Positions 12,811 through 24,719 of a stretch of 40,363 nt of DNA are shown in pieces. This DNA comes from Octopus bimaculoides (lineage: Eukaryota): the NCBI RefSeq assembly GCF_001194135.2, contig NC_068991.1:53078707-53119069 (forward strand), read 5' to 3'. Under the pieces are notes generated by a model. That model had not been told where the DNA came from and did not search any database. It saw nothing but the letters and a program-made list of their open reading frames with translations. Position 1 is the first letter of the stretch, and each line of letters starts with the position of its first letter. Position numbers and translations under genes: made by a program.

Positions 12811-12929
12811 TAATTAGGTCACCTAGATAACGCAAGATATCTACCACCTCTAGGGATCCTCCAGGCTATTTGATAGCATATATACATGTACATACTGTAC
12901 AACAGTATACCATAGAATTTATTAACTAT

Positions 12930-14007
12930 ATATGTATGTGTATGTGTGTGAGTTATACAGTTTGAATATATTTTGTATACATATGTGTATGTATGCTTAC
13001 ATACATACATACATACATGCATGTATGTATTTATATATGTATGTATATATATATATGTATGTATATATATATATATGTATGTATGTATATATATATGTAT
13101 ATATATGTATGTATGTATATATATATGTATATATATATATATATGTGTATATATATATATATGTATGTATATATATATATATATTTATGTATATATATAT
13201 ATATGTATATATATTTATATGTATATATATGTGTATATATGTATATATATANNNNNNNNNNNNNNNNNNNNNNNNNNNNNNNNNNNNNNNNNNNNNNNNN
13301 NNNNNNNNNNNNNNNNNNNNNNNNNNNNNNNNNNNNNNNNNNNNNNNNNNNNNNNNNNNNNNNNNNNNNNNNNNNNNNNNNNNNNNNNNNNNNNNNNNNN
13401 NNNNNNNNNNNNNNNNNNNNNNNNNNNNNNNNNNNNNNNNNNNNNNNNNNNNNNNNNNNNNNNNNNNNNNNNNNNNNNNNNNNNNNNNNNNNNNNNNNNN
13501 NNNNNNNNNNNNNNNNNNNNNNNNNNNNNNNNNNNNNNNNNNNNNNNNNNNNNNNNNNNNNNNNNNNNNNNNNNNNNNNNNNNNNNNNNNNNNNNNNNNN
13601 NNNNNNNNNNNNNNNNNNNNNNNNNNNNNNNNNNNNNNNNNNNNNNNNNNNNNNNNNNNNNNNNNNNNNNNNNNNNNNNNNNNNNNNNNNNNNNNNNNNN
13701 NNNNNNNNNNNNNNNNNNNNNNNNNNNNNNNNNNNNNNNNNNNNNNNNNNNNNNNNNNNNNNNNNNNNNNNNNNNNNNNNNNNNNNNNNNNNNNNNNNNN
13801 NNNNNNNNNNNNNNNNNNNNNNNNNNNNNNNNNNNNNNNNNNNNNNNNNNNNNNNNNNNNNNNNNNNNNNNNNNNNNNNNNNNNNNNNNNNNNNNNNNNN
13901 NNNNNNNNNNNNNNNNNNNNNNNNNNNNNNNNNNNNNNNNNNNNNNNNNNNNNNNNNNNNNNNNNNNNNNNNNNNNNNNNNNNNNNNNNNNNNNNNNNNN
14001 NNNNNNN

Positions 14008-14066
<59 letters not shown>

Positions 14067-14070
14067 CACA
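12930..14070. repeat. Compound (TA)n/(TATG)n microsatellite spanning the gap at 13252-14007
   Basis: Direct reading. Similar compound tracts at 6091-6150, 7850-8110, 8440-8900, 9100-9170, 10380-10430, 19785-19828, 23920-23945, 38095-38200. Confidence 0.95.
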
Positions 14071-14665
14071 TGCCTGTTTATGTTTAATGTATGTATGGAA
14101 AAATATGCACACATATATATCATTTTGAGTTAGTTATTAATGTATGTGTGCATGTGCATGTATTCTTGTCTCGGCATTCTTCATGTTTGGCCTCATTCCA
14201 CTGCTAATAACTTTGGTATACTGATCTTGTAGGAAATGTAATATAAAAATTCTTGCAAATAGCAAATAAGTAGATGCATACTGTCACAGATATGGGATAA
14301 GACGCAAAGTAATGCACTCAAGAATGACATTTTGATAATTTTCAAATATTGATATCTTTGAATAAAATTATGCTGAAAATATGACCATTTTCTTTCTTTT
14401 TGTTAAATGTTTAAATTGAGTTTCTGTAGTGACATGTTTGTATTTTAATAAATAGAATATTAATTTGGACAGGCCTTATTTTTTACCATTATGTGTGAAA
14501 TAAGTAAAAGTTATATAGAAATATCTAATTTGAGATGTATTTTTTTAAGAAAATATAAATTTAGAAAATATTATTTACTTTTAAGGATGTATAAGTCATT
14601 AAGTGAGAAAGAAAGAAGGATTGTTGTAGAAAAATTGAGTGGGGGAGAGAAAACAAAATGAATAA

Positions 14666-14698
<33 letters not shown>

Positions 14699-16004
14699 CT
14701 GTGATGTATGGAAGTATAACAAGAAAGTTTTTCACTTTAGTGAAATCTGTAAATAGTTAAGAGCTTACACTCTGAAAAATAATTTCTAAAAGATGACTTT
14801 GTCTCCTAATTCTAAGAGACTCTGTCTGATGAATTCTAATCAGAATAGCAGTGAAGTAAAAGCAATGCATCTTTCTAACCTATTACGTAATTATTTCAAA
14901 GTTGTGATATTTAAGTTAGTAAGGCAACTGAATATATGTTAAGTGGTAGATGTAATGTTAGCTGCAGAGATGTTAAAGGAAATTTGCATCAGAAGCATAT
15001 AATAATACCATAAGTAGTAAAACATTTTATTGTTTTTGTGTTATTAATAGCTCAATTGTATCCAATAGTTGCTGTTTTATGTCATAGAAATTTCATAATT
15101 TGTAATGGAAACTAATTCTTATATGGTGAAATCATTTCACATTGTTTACTTAGAAATATGATTATAAAATGTTATCATCATTGTTGCAAAGTTTCGTAAA
15201 AAGGTTCAAAAGTGAGAGAAAAGAAAAGCTAAAGAGAACCTTATCTGGTAAGTGTGTAATATGAATTTGAAAGACAAATATACATATCTTTGAATGACAT
15301 TACATTGGTTTATCATTTTGGAATGAAATAAATGACTCCGAAACTGAGAAGAGTAATTTTTGATGCCATCATTGAAGCAATTTTTTTGCAATTACATCAG
15401 TTTGGATTTGAAAATGTTCAGTTAGAGTTTTGATGAAAATGTAACTAAATTGCACCTTTATCAAGAAGATATTCCTTGAAAGACGAAAAGAGAGAAGCAT
15501 ACAACTGACTGGAAAAAACCCCCCGAGGTTGTAGTGCTGGCTACTACTTCAATTTCAGTGTTTTATCCAGTTGGACATGAATGGTCTATAGATTTGACCT
15601 CAGAAGAACCTATATACCAAGAGTGTATTGCCTTCTCAAGATTCTCAGCTGTATGTTCAGATACTTAATTTACATCTGTACTGTAATTTTGTAAGTATCA
15701 ATGTCTAGATTACATTACTGAACACTGTCCCAATTGTTAAACTGTTTGAGAGTTTTGTGTCAAACAACAAACACAGTAACCTGTAATTCAAATCATATTA
15801 CTGATACTGTATTGGGTCAGAAGCCAACAAAATGAAAAATTCTACCTAATTCTTACAAAGGATCACAGAGTGGTTTAGTTTTAGTGCTCTAAATCTGATG
15901 GGGATGTACACTAGAAGTGAATAGGGGAGAAAATATGGGTATATTTGGGTGAGTTTGAGTGGAAGTAGAGTGCAGGAATTAGTTAAGAGGCTAAAGTTTG
16001 TTTT

Positions 16005-16372
16005 TAGATACATCTCACTGATGCTCTGGGATGTACTATCAGTGATGTTTCTGGGTACTCAGATTTTTCAACATCAAATCCCTTAATCCAGTTGACCCAG
16101 CTGGGATTGATGAGGTCCTAGCTTGCATCCCAATAACAGTAAACCACTGGTCTGCCCTTTTTATCCAAAGCCACCTAGTGGTCTTCTCCACAGCAATAGT
16201 AATGAAATTTATGGCCTTCATCTTCGCTGCATCTGTAACTCCGAGCCCAGAGTGAATGTCATGCAATAACTTGGCAGCCACTTCAGCTGCCTTGCAACAT
16301 ACCTGCCAGCCCTAGTTTCTGCAATGCTCTACCAGCTCCTGGTATTTGCCGAATACAAGGAGCTGTTAAGAG
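16005..16372 (-). mobile_element. HERO-like (R2-group, restriction-like endonuclease) non-LTR retrotransposon 3' fragment
   Basis: Minus-strand KYQELVEHCRN*GWQVCC..EV...LGVTDAAKMKAINFITIAVEKTTRWLWIKRADQW, matching the recalled HERO C-terminus KYQELVEECRxxGW...AERASRWLWIKR. 3' UTR-like catcactgat...gagatgtatct follows. Confidence 0.7.
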
Positions 16373-16869
16373 ACTATTGTAGTAACAATACAAAAGGTAA
16401 AGAAAAACATCTGTGAGCTAGAGTAGTTGAAGTTTGTTAGGGAGTATTTACTAATCTGTCAAGTGGACTTATTGGATGTTTGTGTGTGCAGCAGCAGCAG
16501 TACCATCTTATTCAAGCTTTATATATTTTTGAACTGATTAAAGACTAGATATATATTGTTATATATAAAGGAATCCTTGTTTTTGTGATACAAGTTGACA
16601 ATGTTATGTTTGTGAGATGATCACAAGATATTGTCAGAGAATGGGAAGCCTCACATTTGTACCAACTGTATGGGTTTTAACTGCGTATTGTTTATGTATA
16701 GAAACTGATATTTTTAAGAGTTTGCTTGATATATGTAATGACTGGGTCTTAGAATTTTTATAAAAAGTTGTCCTCTCAGTCTCTGTTACCTCATAGAGAT
16801 AATTTTGGCCTAGTGTTAGGTTGTATGTAGATGATATTTGCATACAGAACATTGAAGATTGAAGGGTGA

Positions 16870-17760
16870 TTGTCATCTGAATAGAAATGACAAATAGATC
16901 ATTGGAAGAGTGTGGTAAAGAGAATCAAACTTTGGGTTGAAGGAAGACTGACCAAAATTTGTTACAATGGTGTAGTTATGAGCAGAAACTTCTGAGGGAC
17001 AGGTGGTGGGAACTTGGAGGTTCATACATGGCTATTGTGTGTTCATGATAGTGAAACAGAGAGGGTACAGGTGAGTTTGATGAGTATGTCCAGGATACTA
17101 TTAGAAGCAAAACAGGTTGTTAATGAAGAAACGTTTTCAGTGAGAGTGCTTCTAACAGTGTTGAGTTTGAGGAATGGTATACAGGAGTATTCTGCAAAGA
17201 TGATAGAAACTCTCTTGGTAAGCGATTAGAAGGCCTTGCTGTGATTTAGGAATCTAGAAAGCTTGTAAATTTAACTGTGTAATGCATAAAAACATTTGCT
17301 TTTCTGAAGATAGTTTTGCAGTGGTGGGTCATTTCGTACAGGTGTTGTAGACAATAAATTTTTGACCTGTACTGTTGCAGGTGCTTTAGTTGTGTGAGGG
17401 AAGTGAAAGAACATGCCAAAAGGGATGTTTTCAGTTCATTGCATAGTTGTCTCAGTTGGGTTGTGGGTAACTTGAAATAGCAGTGCATTCTATATTGTAA
17501 GACCTGTTGCCTTGATTGGGTAGTGCTGTAACAGATACAGAGTTAGTAATGGCTGGATTTGGAGGTGAGAAAAGAGTTCAGAGGTAATTGTGGTGTTGGT
17601 CAGGATATGGGTAGGTTCAGATTGGGAGATTCAACCTGTGCAATAGCCAAATTATTGTGTGAGAAGCAGGTGTTGTGTATATTGAAGTCACCCAAGATGA
17701 TGACTGGTGAGTGATTACATGAAGTAGATATCTTCAACAGAAAATGAAAGATTGTTGGAA
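16870..17760 (-). mobile_element. CR1/L2/Jockey-group LINE remnant (APE endonuclease region)
   Basis: Minus-strand HSPVIILGDFNIHN motif at about 17670-17713. The rest is decayed and the boundaries are approximate. Confidence 0.6.
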
Positions 17761-18036
17761 AACTACAACAATTTAGAGAGCAGTAGATTAAGTTGGAAGA
17801 ATGTATTAGAGAGACATTGAGCTAGATAAAATAAACATAAGACATATACGAAAAAAGTATGGTTTACAAGCATACAATATATATATATATATGTATAATG
17901 TACAAATGGTTGAGAGCAGGAACCTCAATGATCCAGTTTTTTCTCATCATTACTAATAACATNNNNNNNNNNAAAAAAAAAAAAAAAAAAAAAAAATAGA
18001 AATCTCTGATATAAAAGTGGATGGAAGGGTATATGA

Positions 18037-18215
18037 TAGGCACATGGCCTAGTGGTTAGGGTGTGGCACTCATGACTGCAAGATCATGGTTTCGATTCCT
18101 GGACCAGTGTGGTATGTTGTGTTGTTAAGCAAAATACTTCATTTCATGCTACTCTAGTTCACTCAGCTGTAAATGAGTAACTGTGCAACAGACTGGGGCC
18201 TCATTCAGTGGGGAG
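18037..18215 (+). mobile_element. tRNA-headed SINE (family F); second copy at 5521-5665
   Basis: ggcacatggcctagtggttagg...ggtttcgattcc...ttcatttcatgct...cactcagctgtaaatg, shared by both copies. Confidence 0.65.
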
Positions 18216-18479
18216 GGGATGATGTAATCTTGGGTGACTTGAGACAATATTGTCTGTGAGATAATGATGATAATAATGTATATTATAGATTACACCACAG
18301 TTTGAAACATGGACCAACATATATGAAGCATATTTGTTATACAGCAATGAATTGAATACAAATCTAATTAGTCATGATTAACATAAGCTGTCAGTATGGT
18401 TGATTGATTTTAAGAGCATTGTGAAAGACTTGGCTGAGCTTATAATAGCATCTCCTGCATAAAACCTCTGTTAACTTCA

Positions 18480-18950
18480 GTCAGCAACCTGCTACAACAG
18501 AGAGCAGGACTGGAACAATTGACAGATATTCTTCAACCTTAAGTGGTGATGAAGTGTTAAGACAAAAGATTGAACATTGTGAAGAATAAAGTCTTGACAG
18601 CTGTCATCTTTGCCATTTTCATGGCTTAATAGGATTAGAAACAGCAATATGCTATCTGTTGTAATACTAAGTAGAATCAAAACATTGACTGGATGAGGTA
18701 AGCATATAGTGTGTATGGGCAAAGTCAAGAATATCCAAGCAAATAATTCTGTACATGAAAATATCAAATGTCTGATGCTTGCTTAGTAGGCCATTGCTCT
18801 ATTTCAAAGCAAAACGGAAGAATGTGAAGGACATGCAGATGAAAACCAAGTATTAGGACTTCAGCTTACTCAACAGAAGTCTTGGCAGGAAATCTGTGTC
18901 ATCAGTCTCAGGGGATAGAACACACAGGGCATCAATATTAAGCTTGGCAT
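18480..18950 (+). mobile_element. Old RTE/RTEX-like LINE 3' fragment
   Basis: Degenerate plus-strand GKHIVCMGK...KQIILY...SRPLLYFKAK..KDM, resembling GHIVRM..RIPKQLLYGEL..GRPxLRFKD. Heavily decayed. Confidence 0.45.
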
Positions 18951-19791
18951 TCAGCATTAAAGCAGAGTTCAGTTACATACAAGCACTTCAAATGGTTTTT
19001 GACGTCAGATGGTAAATCTACTGTACTTTTGACTGATTTACAAATCAGAAGAGAATATAAGTGGACCAAATGACATCAGAGAATTTATTGAACTGCTTTG
19101 TAAGCCTTGTTCTCAATAAAACAAATTCCTTCAGTGTTATAAAAATAAGTTTTAACATCTTTATTCTAGTTTTAAAAAACCCTGCAAACTATCTAAAGGA
19201 AAAATTCTTTGTTAAATAAACTGGCATTACTTAGAATTATTTCTCTCAAAAAAGATTAGTGAGATAGGAGAAATGGAAAAATGTTGCTGTTTAAAGTACA
19301 TTGTAACCTGATCATGTACTTTGGTACCATTTTCACTATTAAGATTCCACAATATAGTTTTATAAAACAGAGTAACTTCAAGAATCTGATGTCTAGATTT
19401 TCATGTCCTACTTCCATGAATAATGATCTTGAAAACATTCTCCAACCATAATATAAGAAGATGACCCTCAATGGCACTAAAACACTTAATACATCAATCA
19501 AACATAACACTGCACAATTTCTAGTCAGATTAAACTATTACAACTATACAATTTCATCTGTTATATGCAACAGTAATGATATTAGATTAAAATAGTCAGC
19601 TGTATATCATACATAATGTAGATGCAAGATACGGGCTTGGCTGTGTGGTAAGAAGTTTGCTTCCTAACTGCACAGTTCCAAGTTCGGTTCTAGTGTGGCA
19701 CCTTGGGCAAATGTCTTCTATTCTCAGGTCAGCCAAAGCCTTTATGAGTGGATTTGGTAGACAGAAACTGAAATAAGCATCGTATATATAC

Positions 19792-19828
<37 letters not shown>

Positions 19829-20007
19829 GGCACAGGAGTGGCTGTGTGGTAAGTAGCTTACTTACCAACCACATGGTTCCGGGTTCAGTCCCTCTGCGTG
19901 GCACCTTGGGCAAGTGTTTTCTACTATAGCTTCAGGCTGACTAAAGCCTTGTGAGTGGATTTGGTAGACGGAAGCTAAAAGAAGCCCGTTGTATATATGT
20001 ATATATG

Positions 20008-20038
<31 letters not shown>

Positions 20039-20244
20039 TTGTGTGTCTGTTTGTCCCCCAAAAAATCACTTGACAACCGATGCTGGTGTGTTTACGTCCC
20101 CCGTAACTTAGCGGTTCGGCAAAAGAGACTGATAGAATAAGTACTAGGCTTACAAAAAATAAGTCCTGGGGTCGATTTGCTCGACTAAAGGTGGTGCTCC
20201 AGCATGGCCGCAGTCAAATGACTGAAACAAGTAAAAGAGAAAAG
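19829..20244 (+). mobile_element. tRNA-headed octopus SINE, family A, near full length
   Basis: Head ggcacaggagtggctgtgtggtaagtagc...ggttccgggttcagtcc...gcaccttgggcaagtg, an internal (TA/TG)n, and tail ...ggtgctccagcatggccgcagtcaaatgactgaaacaagtaaaag. Other copies: 19632-19785 (+, head only), 20914-21279 (+), 22812-23020 (-), 24387-24520 (-), 33100-33180 (+), 38195-38385 (+). Confidence 0.85.
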
Positions 20245-20259
20245 ATATATATATATATA

Positions 20260-20480
20260 CCGGGCTGTGCAAAAGTCCTGTTACACTCTCAACAAAGGAC
20301 ACAGCGATAGTTTTGATGCAGTTAGACACGTTTTTATTGTTTTAACATATAATAAATATGTGTTTAAATATTAATATTAATCAATGTGGCTGCCCTCATT
20401 GTCAAGCATATGCTCCAGGCTAGACCTGAAGGCCACGCAGACATTGCAGACAAAGTCCTTCCTCATCTTGGCTCACACAT
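20260..20480 (-). mobile_element. Tc1/mariner 3'-end fragment
   Basis: TA then CCGGGCTGTGCAAAAGTCCTG (TIR-like). Minus-strand C-terminal peptide MRKDFVCNVCVAFRSSLEHMLDNEGSHID*. No matching second TIR seen. Confidence 0.55.
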
Positions 20481-21837
20481 AGTTTATGTCATTTCACATT
20501 TAGGGCCATTGATAGCATCTTTGTGCAACAGCCATCTAGCCTAAATTATCAGAGGCAAACAAAAACCATCCTGGCAGCATCTAGTGGGGGATGTTAGATA
20601 CACATTTCTGCAAAATTTGGGCGTGGTCTGTAGCATGTACTCACAGCCAACTGCATGCTAATATGAAATCTGTTGTTACCAATAAATGAGAATAGTGAAT
20701 GAACATTCAATGGGGTTGCATAAAAACGCCACCCAGCTGCATAAGAATCTGTTATATGCAATAGATGTATCACACTTTATGTACATACATCACAATAAGC
20801 AAATTTACTGAGCTATTTACAGTTTATTTATTCAATCATTAATATTTCAGTAGGTACAGCAGGAATTTCTACTAATGATCACACAAAAATAAGAAAAAAA
20901 AAAAAAATTTAATTGGGTGGCAAGAAGTTTGCTTCCCAACCAAATGGTTCTGGGTTCAGTCCTAGTGTGGCACCTATAACTTTGGGCTGACCAGTCTTGT
21001 ATGTAGATTTGGCAGATAGAAACTGAAAGAAACCAGTTGTATATTTATATGTGTGTGTGTATGTGTGTGTGATGTCTCTTTGTCTCCCACCATCACTTGA
21101 ACAACTGATGTTAATATGTTTACATCCCTGTAACTTAGCAACTCAGCAAAAGAGACCGATAGAATACATAAAAGAGAAAAAAAAAGGTACTCAAGTAGAT
21201 TCTTTCAACTAAAAATCCTTCAAGGTGGTGCCCCAGCTTGGCCAGAGTATAATGACAGAAATAAGTAAAAGATAAGTAATTCCCCTCCCCAAGCCACACA
21301 ATCTCAGATGCTTTTTCAATACATTTCTAGGCCACTGCTAAACCACTTCAACTGTAAACCAATCACTCAGATTACAGTGCTGCTACACTCTTATATTCAA
21401 GATATCTAACCTCTCAACTGATTAATAAGCCTTCGCACTTTAACATACCATTACTAACACATTGCACTTCACTTTCTACCACTTCAACTAGAGTTCCTTT
21501 GCCTTTAACCCTTTAGTATCTTATAATTCTGCTTGTTCCTCTGTTACTTAGCCCATCCATAACGCTTCCATGTGAGATTAGTTGAAGGGTTGAAGGTGGA
21601 TGGTGGAGGAGAAGAGAGGGAGAGGTGGTGATGAGTGAAATGTGTATTTTTTTAACTAAGTTTTTTTTGTCTCTCTTACTTAGCCCATTTGTAACGCTTT
21701 CACGTGATTAGTTGAAGGGAAACGCGAAGAGTAAAAGAAAAAGGAGAGTGAAAAAGAGGGTAGGGTGAAGAGAGTGTTGTATATTAAGTCTGTAAAATTG
21801 TGTATAAAGTATATAGTGCGTATATATAAAGTGCATT

Positions 21838-22223
21838 TGTTGTTGGCACTCTGTCGCTTACAACGGTGAGGATTCCAATTGATCCGATCAACGGAACAGC
21901 CTGCTCGTGAAATTAACGTGCAAGTGGCTGAGCACTCCACAGACACGTGTACCCTTAATGTAGTTCTCGGGGATATTCAGCGTGACACAGTGTGACAAGG
22001 CTGACCCTTTGTATTACAGGCACAACAGAAACAGGAAGTAAGAGTGAGAGAAAGTTGTGGTGAATGAGTACAGCAGGGTTCGCCACCATCCCCTGCCGGA
22101 GCCTCGTGGAGCTTTAGGTGCTTTCGCTCAATAAACACTCACAACGCCCAGTCTGGGAATCGAAACCATGATCCTATGACCGCGAGTCCGCTGACCTAAC
22201 CACTGGGCCATTGCGCCTCCACC
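21838..22223 (-). mobile_element. tRNA-headed octopus SINE, family B, full length with TSD
   Basis: Minus-strand head tggaggcgcaatggcccagtggttagg...ggtttcgattcccagactgggcg (A/B-box-like) and a (caa)n tail. 12-bp TSD ATAAAGTGCATT at 21826-21837 and 22224-22235. Confidence 0.9.
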
Positions 22224-23039
22224 ATAAAGTGCATTAAATAATCATCATATTCCAATTTCCTTCACTTTTCAATGATTAGCAAATGAATGACTTTCAGGTT
22301 TCTTGGATAAAGTTTTCAGAAATAACCCAATAAGTTTACCATTAATTCCATGAAATATTCACAAGTCCTACTAGTTCAGATCATTCCGTCAAATATAAAG
22401 CTTATTTATTCACATTGTTTTCATTTAATCATGCATTATCTTGTAGCTTCAAAATTTCAATGATGTGATTGCTTATTTTTAGAATGATATTGTAGGGTAA
22501 GTGTAAGAAGCTAGATCTGGCTGGTTTGAACATAAAACAGGTAGAATATTGTGGCCAGATATGGAGTTTAAATCCCAAAGGATTAAACTAGCAAATTCTG
22601 TACGATTTACCTCCACTCCTTTCATTATTGTCACTGTCTTGATTATTAAAATATTGTGCTAGACACATCACAAACTTAATCATCAGAAAAATATCTTTTT
22701 GGATCTTGTACGTTTTCATGCTTTTTGCTACCAATGTTAACCTGCACATTAACTTCACAAATCCAGGTGAAGCTGTAAATTTGTACTCACAGGCTCTAAT
22801 TGTATATATACATTCTTTTACTCATATCAGACATTTGACTGCAACCATGCTGGAGCACTGTCTTAAAGGGTTTTTAGTAGAAGAAATCGACCCCAGGACT
22901 TATTCTTTGTAAGCCTAGTACTTACTCTATCAATCTCTTTTGCTGAACCACTAAGGTACAGGGACATAAACTCACCAGCATCAGTTGTCAAGCTATGGTT
23001 GGAGGGATAAATACAGACACCTACATATATATATATACA

Positions 23040-23880
23040 ATTAGCTGAATTACCTGATAATACCCGGAAAAGCAGGGTATTATTTCCAGTTCCCATTCCC
23101 ATTACACTGTTTCATATCCTATCCTGTTTCCTGTTCAGTTCCCATTTTAGTTTTGCTCCCATTCCTAAGTCAATATATACATTTTAGAATCAACTAGGTG
23201 TAATTAAGCCATTAAATATTTTAATAACCATTATGGTAATAGCTTATTATCAAAAATAGGTATTACAAACTATTAATTCGATTAGTGGATGAATAAGGAA
23301 TGTTCCTATATTATTTTAACAAACAAATATGCATCTAAGTAAAATAAATGAGTTGACCAGTAATAACTGGAAAGTGGGGGTTATTCCTAGTTCCTGTTTA
23401 CCATTACACTGTTCCATGTCCTATTGTTTCCTCTTCAGTTCTTGTCCTTATGCCCAACCCATCGTTTATTGCTAAAAATAGGTATTACAAACTATTAATT
23501 CGATTAGTGGGTGAATAAGGAATGTCCTTGTATCAGTTTAACAAATGAATATGCTTCTGAGTAAAATAAATTAGATAAATAGATTTACAAATACATAAAC
23601 AAATAGTCCCCATATTGTAGCTGGCATTATCACATATCATAATTGATTTCTAAACGTACTACAGCACCCACCAGGGGGCCCATTATGCCCATAATTCAAC
23701 TGGATGTTAGGAACAAATAAATAACAAAATTAGATTTAACATGGAAAACTATTTCAGTATACTAAATTTGAAAATTTTGACATAATTTTAAAATCTCACA
23801 ATATGTGACAGCAACAGGGAGGACCCTACGAAAATAGACACAGACAGTTATAGGACATAACACACACACATACAAATGTA
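23040..23880. mobile_element. Possible non-autonomous Helitron/Helentron-like element with an internal tandem duplication
   Basis: Terminal tagctg...tacccggaaaagcagggta hairpin, duplicated body (23080-23350 vs 23370-23580), and a gacacagacag...(ca)n end. Classification is inference. Confidence 0.35.
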
Positions 23881-23931
23881 CACACAGGTGATCACAAGTT
23901 TAAAATAGTGTATAGTAGACATGTATGTATG

Positions 23932-23967
<36 letters not shown>

Positions 23968-24169
23968 GCGTGTGTTTCTTTGCAATGGACAGCAGAAAAG
24001 CCACCTACTTCCTCTCCTTAAAGCTATGTATTCTTCACACCCACCTTTCTTTGTGTGTGTGTGTGTGTTGTATCTATGTATTTACAAAAGTATGTATGTG
24101 TGGTGTGTATACGACAGCTTTATTAACGTTCTCACCTTCACTTATATAAGTCGCCCTCTCTCTCTGTTA

Positions 24170-24380
24170 CTACCTCAGACTCATACTTTTTGCAACCTTC
24201 TCATTTTAGCATATAATTTGCCCAACGCCCCTAGGGAGGAGGCACATCATAGATTTTTATTGAAATCCAATTAGCCTATTATTGAACTGGATGTAAGCAA
24301 AGTTTCATGAATATTAGTTTGGTGGTTTAGGTACTAAGTTGGTAACAGACGGACAGATAGAAATTGCCATTTATAAATAT
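24170..24380 (+). mobile_element. Possible Helitron-like (Lep1/HINE-type) 3' fragment
   Basis: aagtttcatgaatattagtttggtggtttagg...cagacggacagatagaaattgccatttataaata resembles the aaatttcat..cggtttagg..(gaca)n..gcatttata ends of such elements (recalled). Confidence 0.35.
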
Positions 24381-24602
24381 TTTCAACAGGCTTCTTTCAG
24401 TTTCCATTTACCAAATCCACTCACAAGGCTTCAGTTGGCCCAAGGCTATAGCAAAAGACACTTGCCCAAGTGCCATGCAGTGGGATTTAACCTGGAAGCA
24501 AGCTTCTTACCACACATGCCCATATACACATATACATACACACAAGTATGTTGGTGCTAACAGGAAAAATAGAACTCAAAATGTGAGTACATGTATATTT
24601 TT

Positions 24603-24719
24603 ATTAATATTAAGCAGAAGTAACAGAGTGACTCAAGTTCTGAGAGTTTTGTGCGCTGGCATTTAACATACGAAACACTCAGAACTTGAGTCACTCCGTT
24701 ACTTCTGCTAAATATTAAT
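24603..24719. repeat. Imperfect inverted repeat, ~47-bp arms with 3 mismatches
   Basis: attaatattaagcagaagtaacagagtgactcaagttctgagagttt versus the reverse complement of aaacactcagaacttgagtcactccgttacttctgctaaatattaat. Confidence 0.9.

Noticed and set aside
12932-14133. Long ORFs of 300-400 aa (also 217-1087 and 37408-37871)
   Set aside because: Artefacts of TA/TG microsatellites and N-gaps translated as X.
19049-19099. 51-nt AG...GTAAGC segment encoding EENISGPNDIREFIELL
   Set aside because: Plausible splice sites, but too short to recognise and not phase-compatible with the 15650 donor. It can easily arise by chance.
20574-20587. CTCF-like CCACTAGATGCTGC on the minus strand
   Set aside because: Mismatches in the GGCGC half and it lies next to a transposon remnant.
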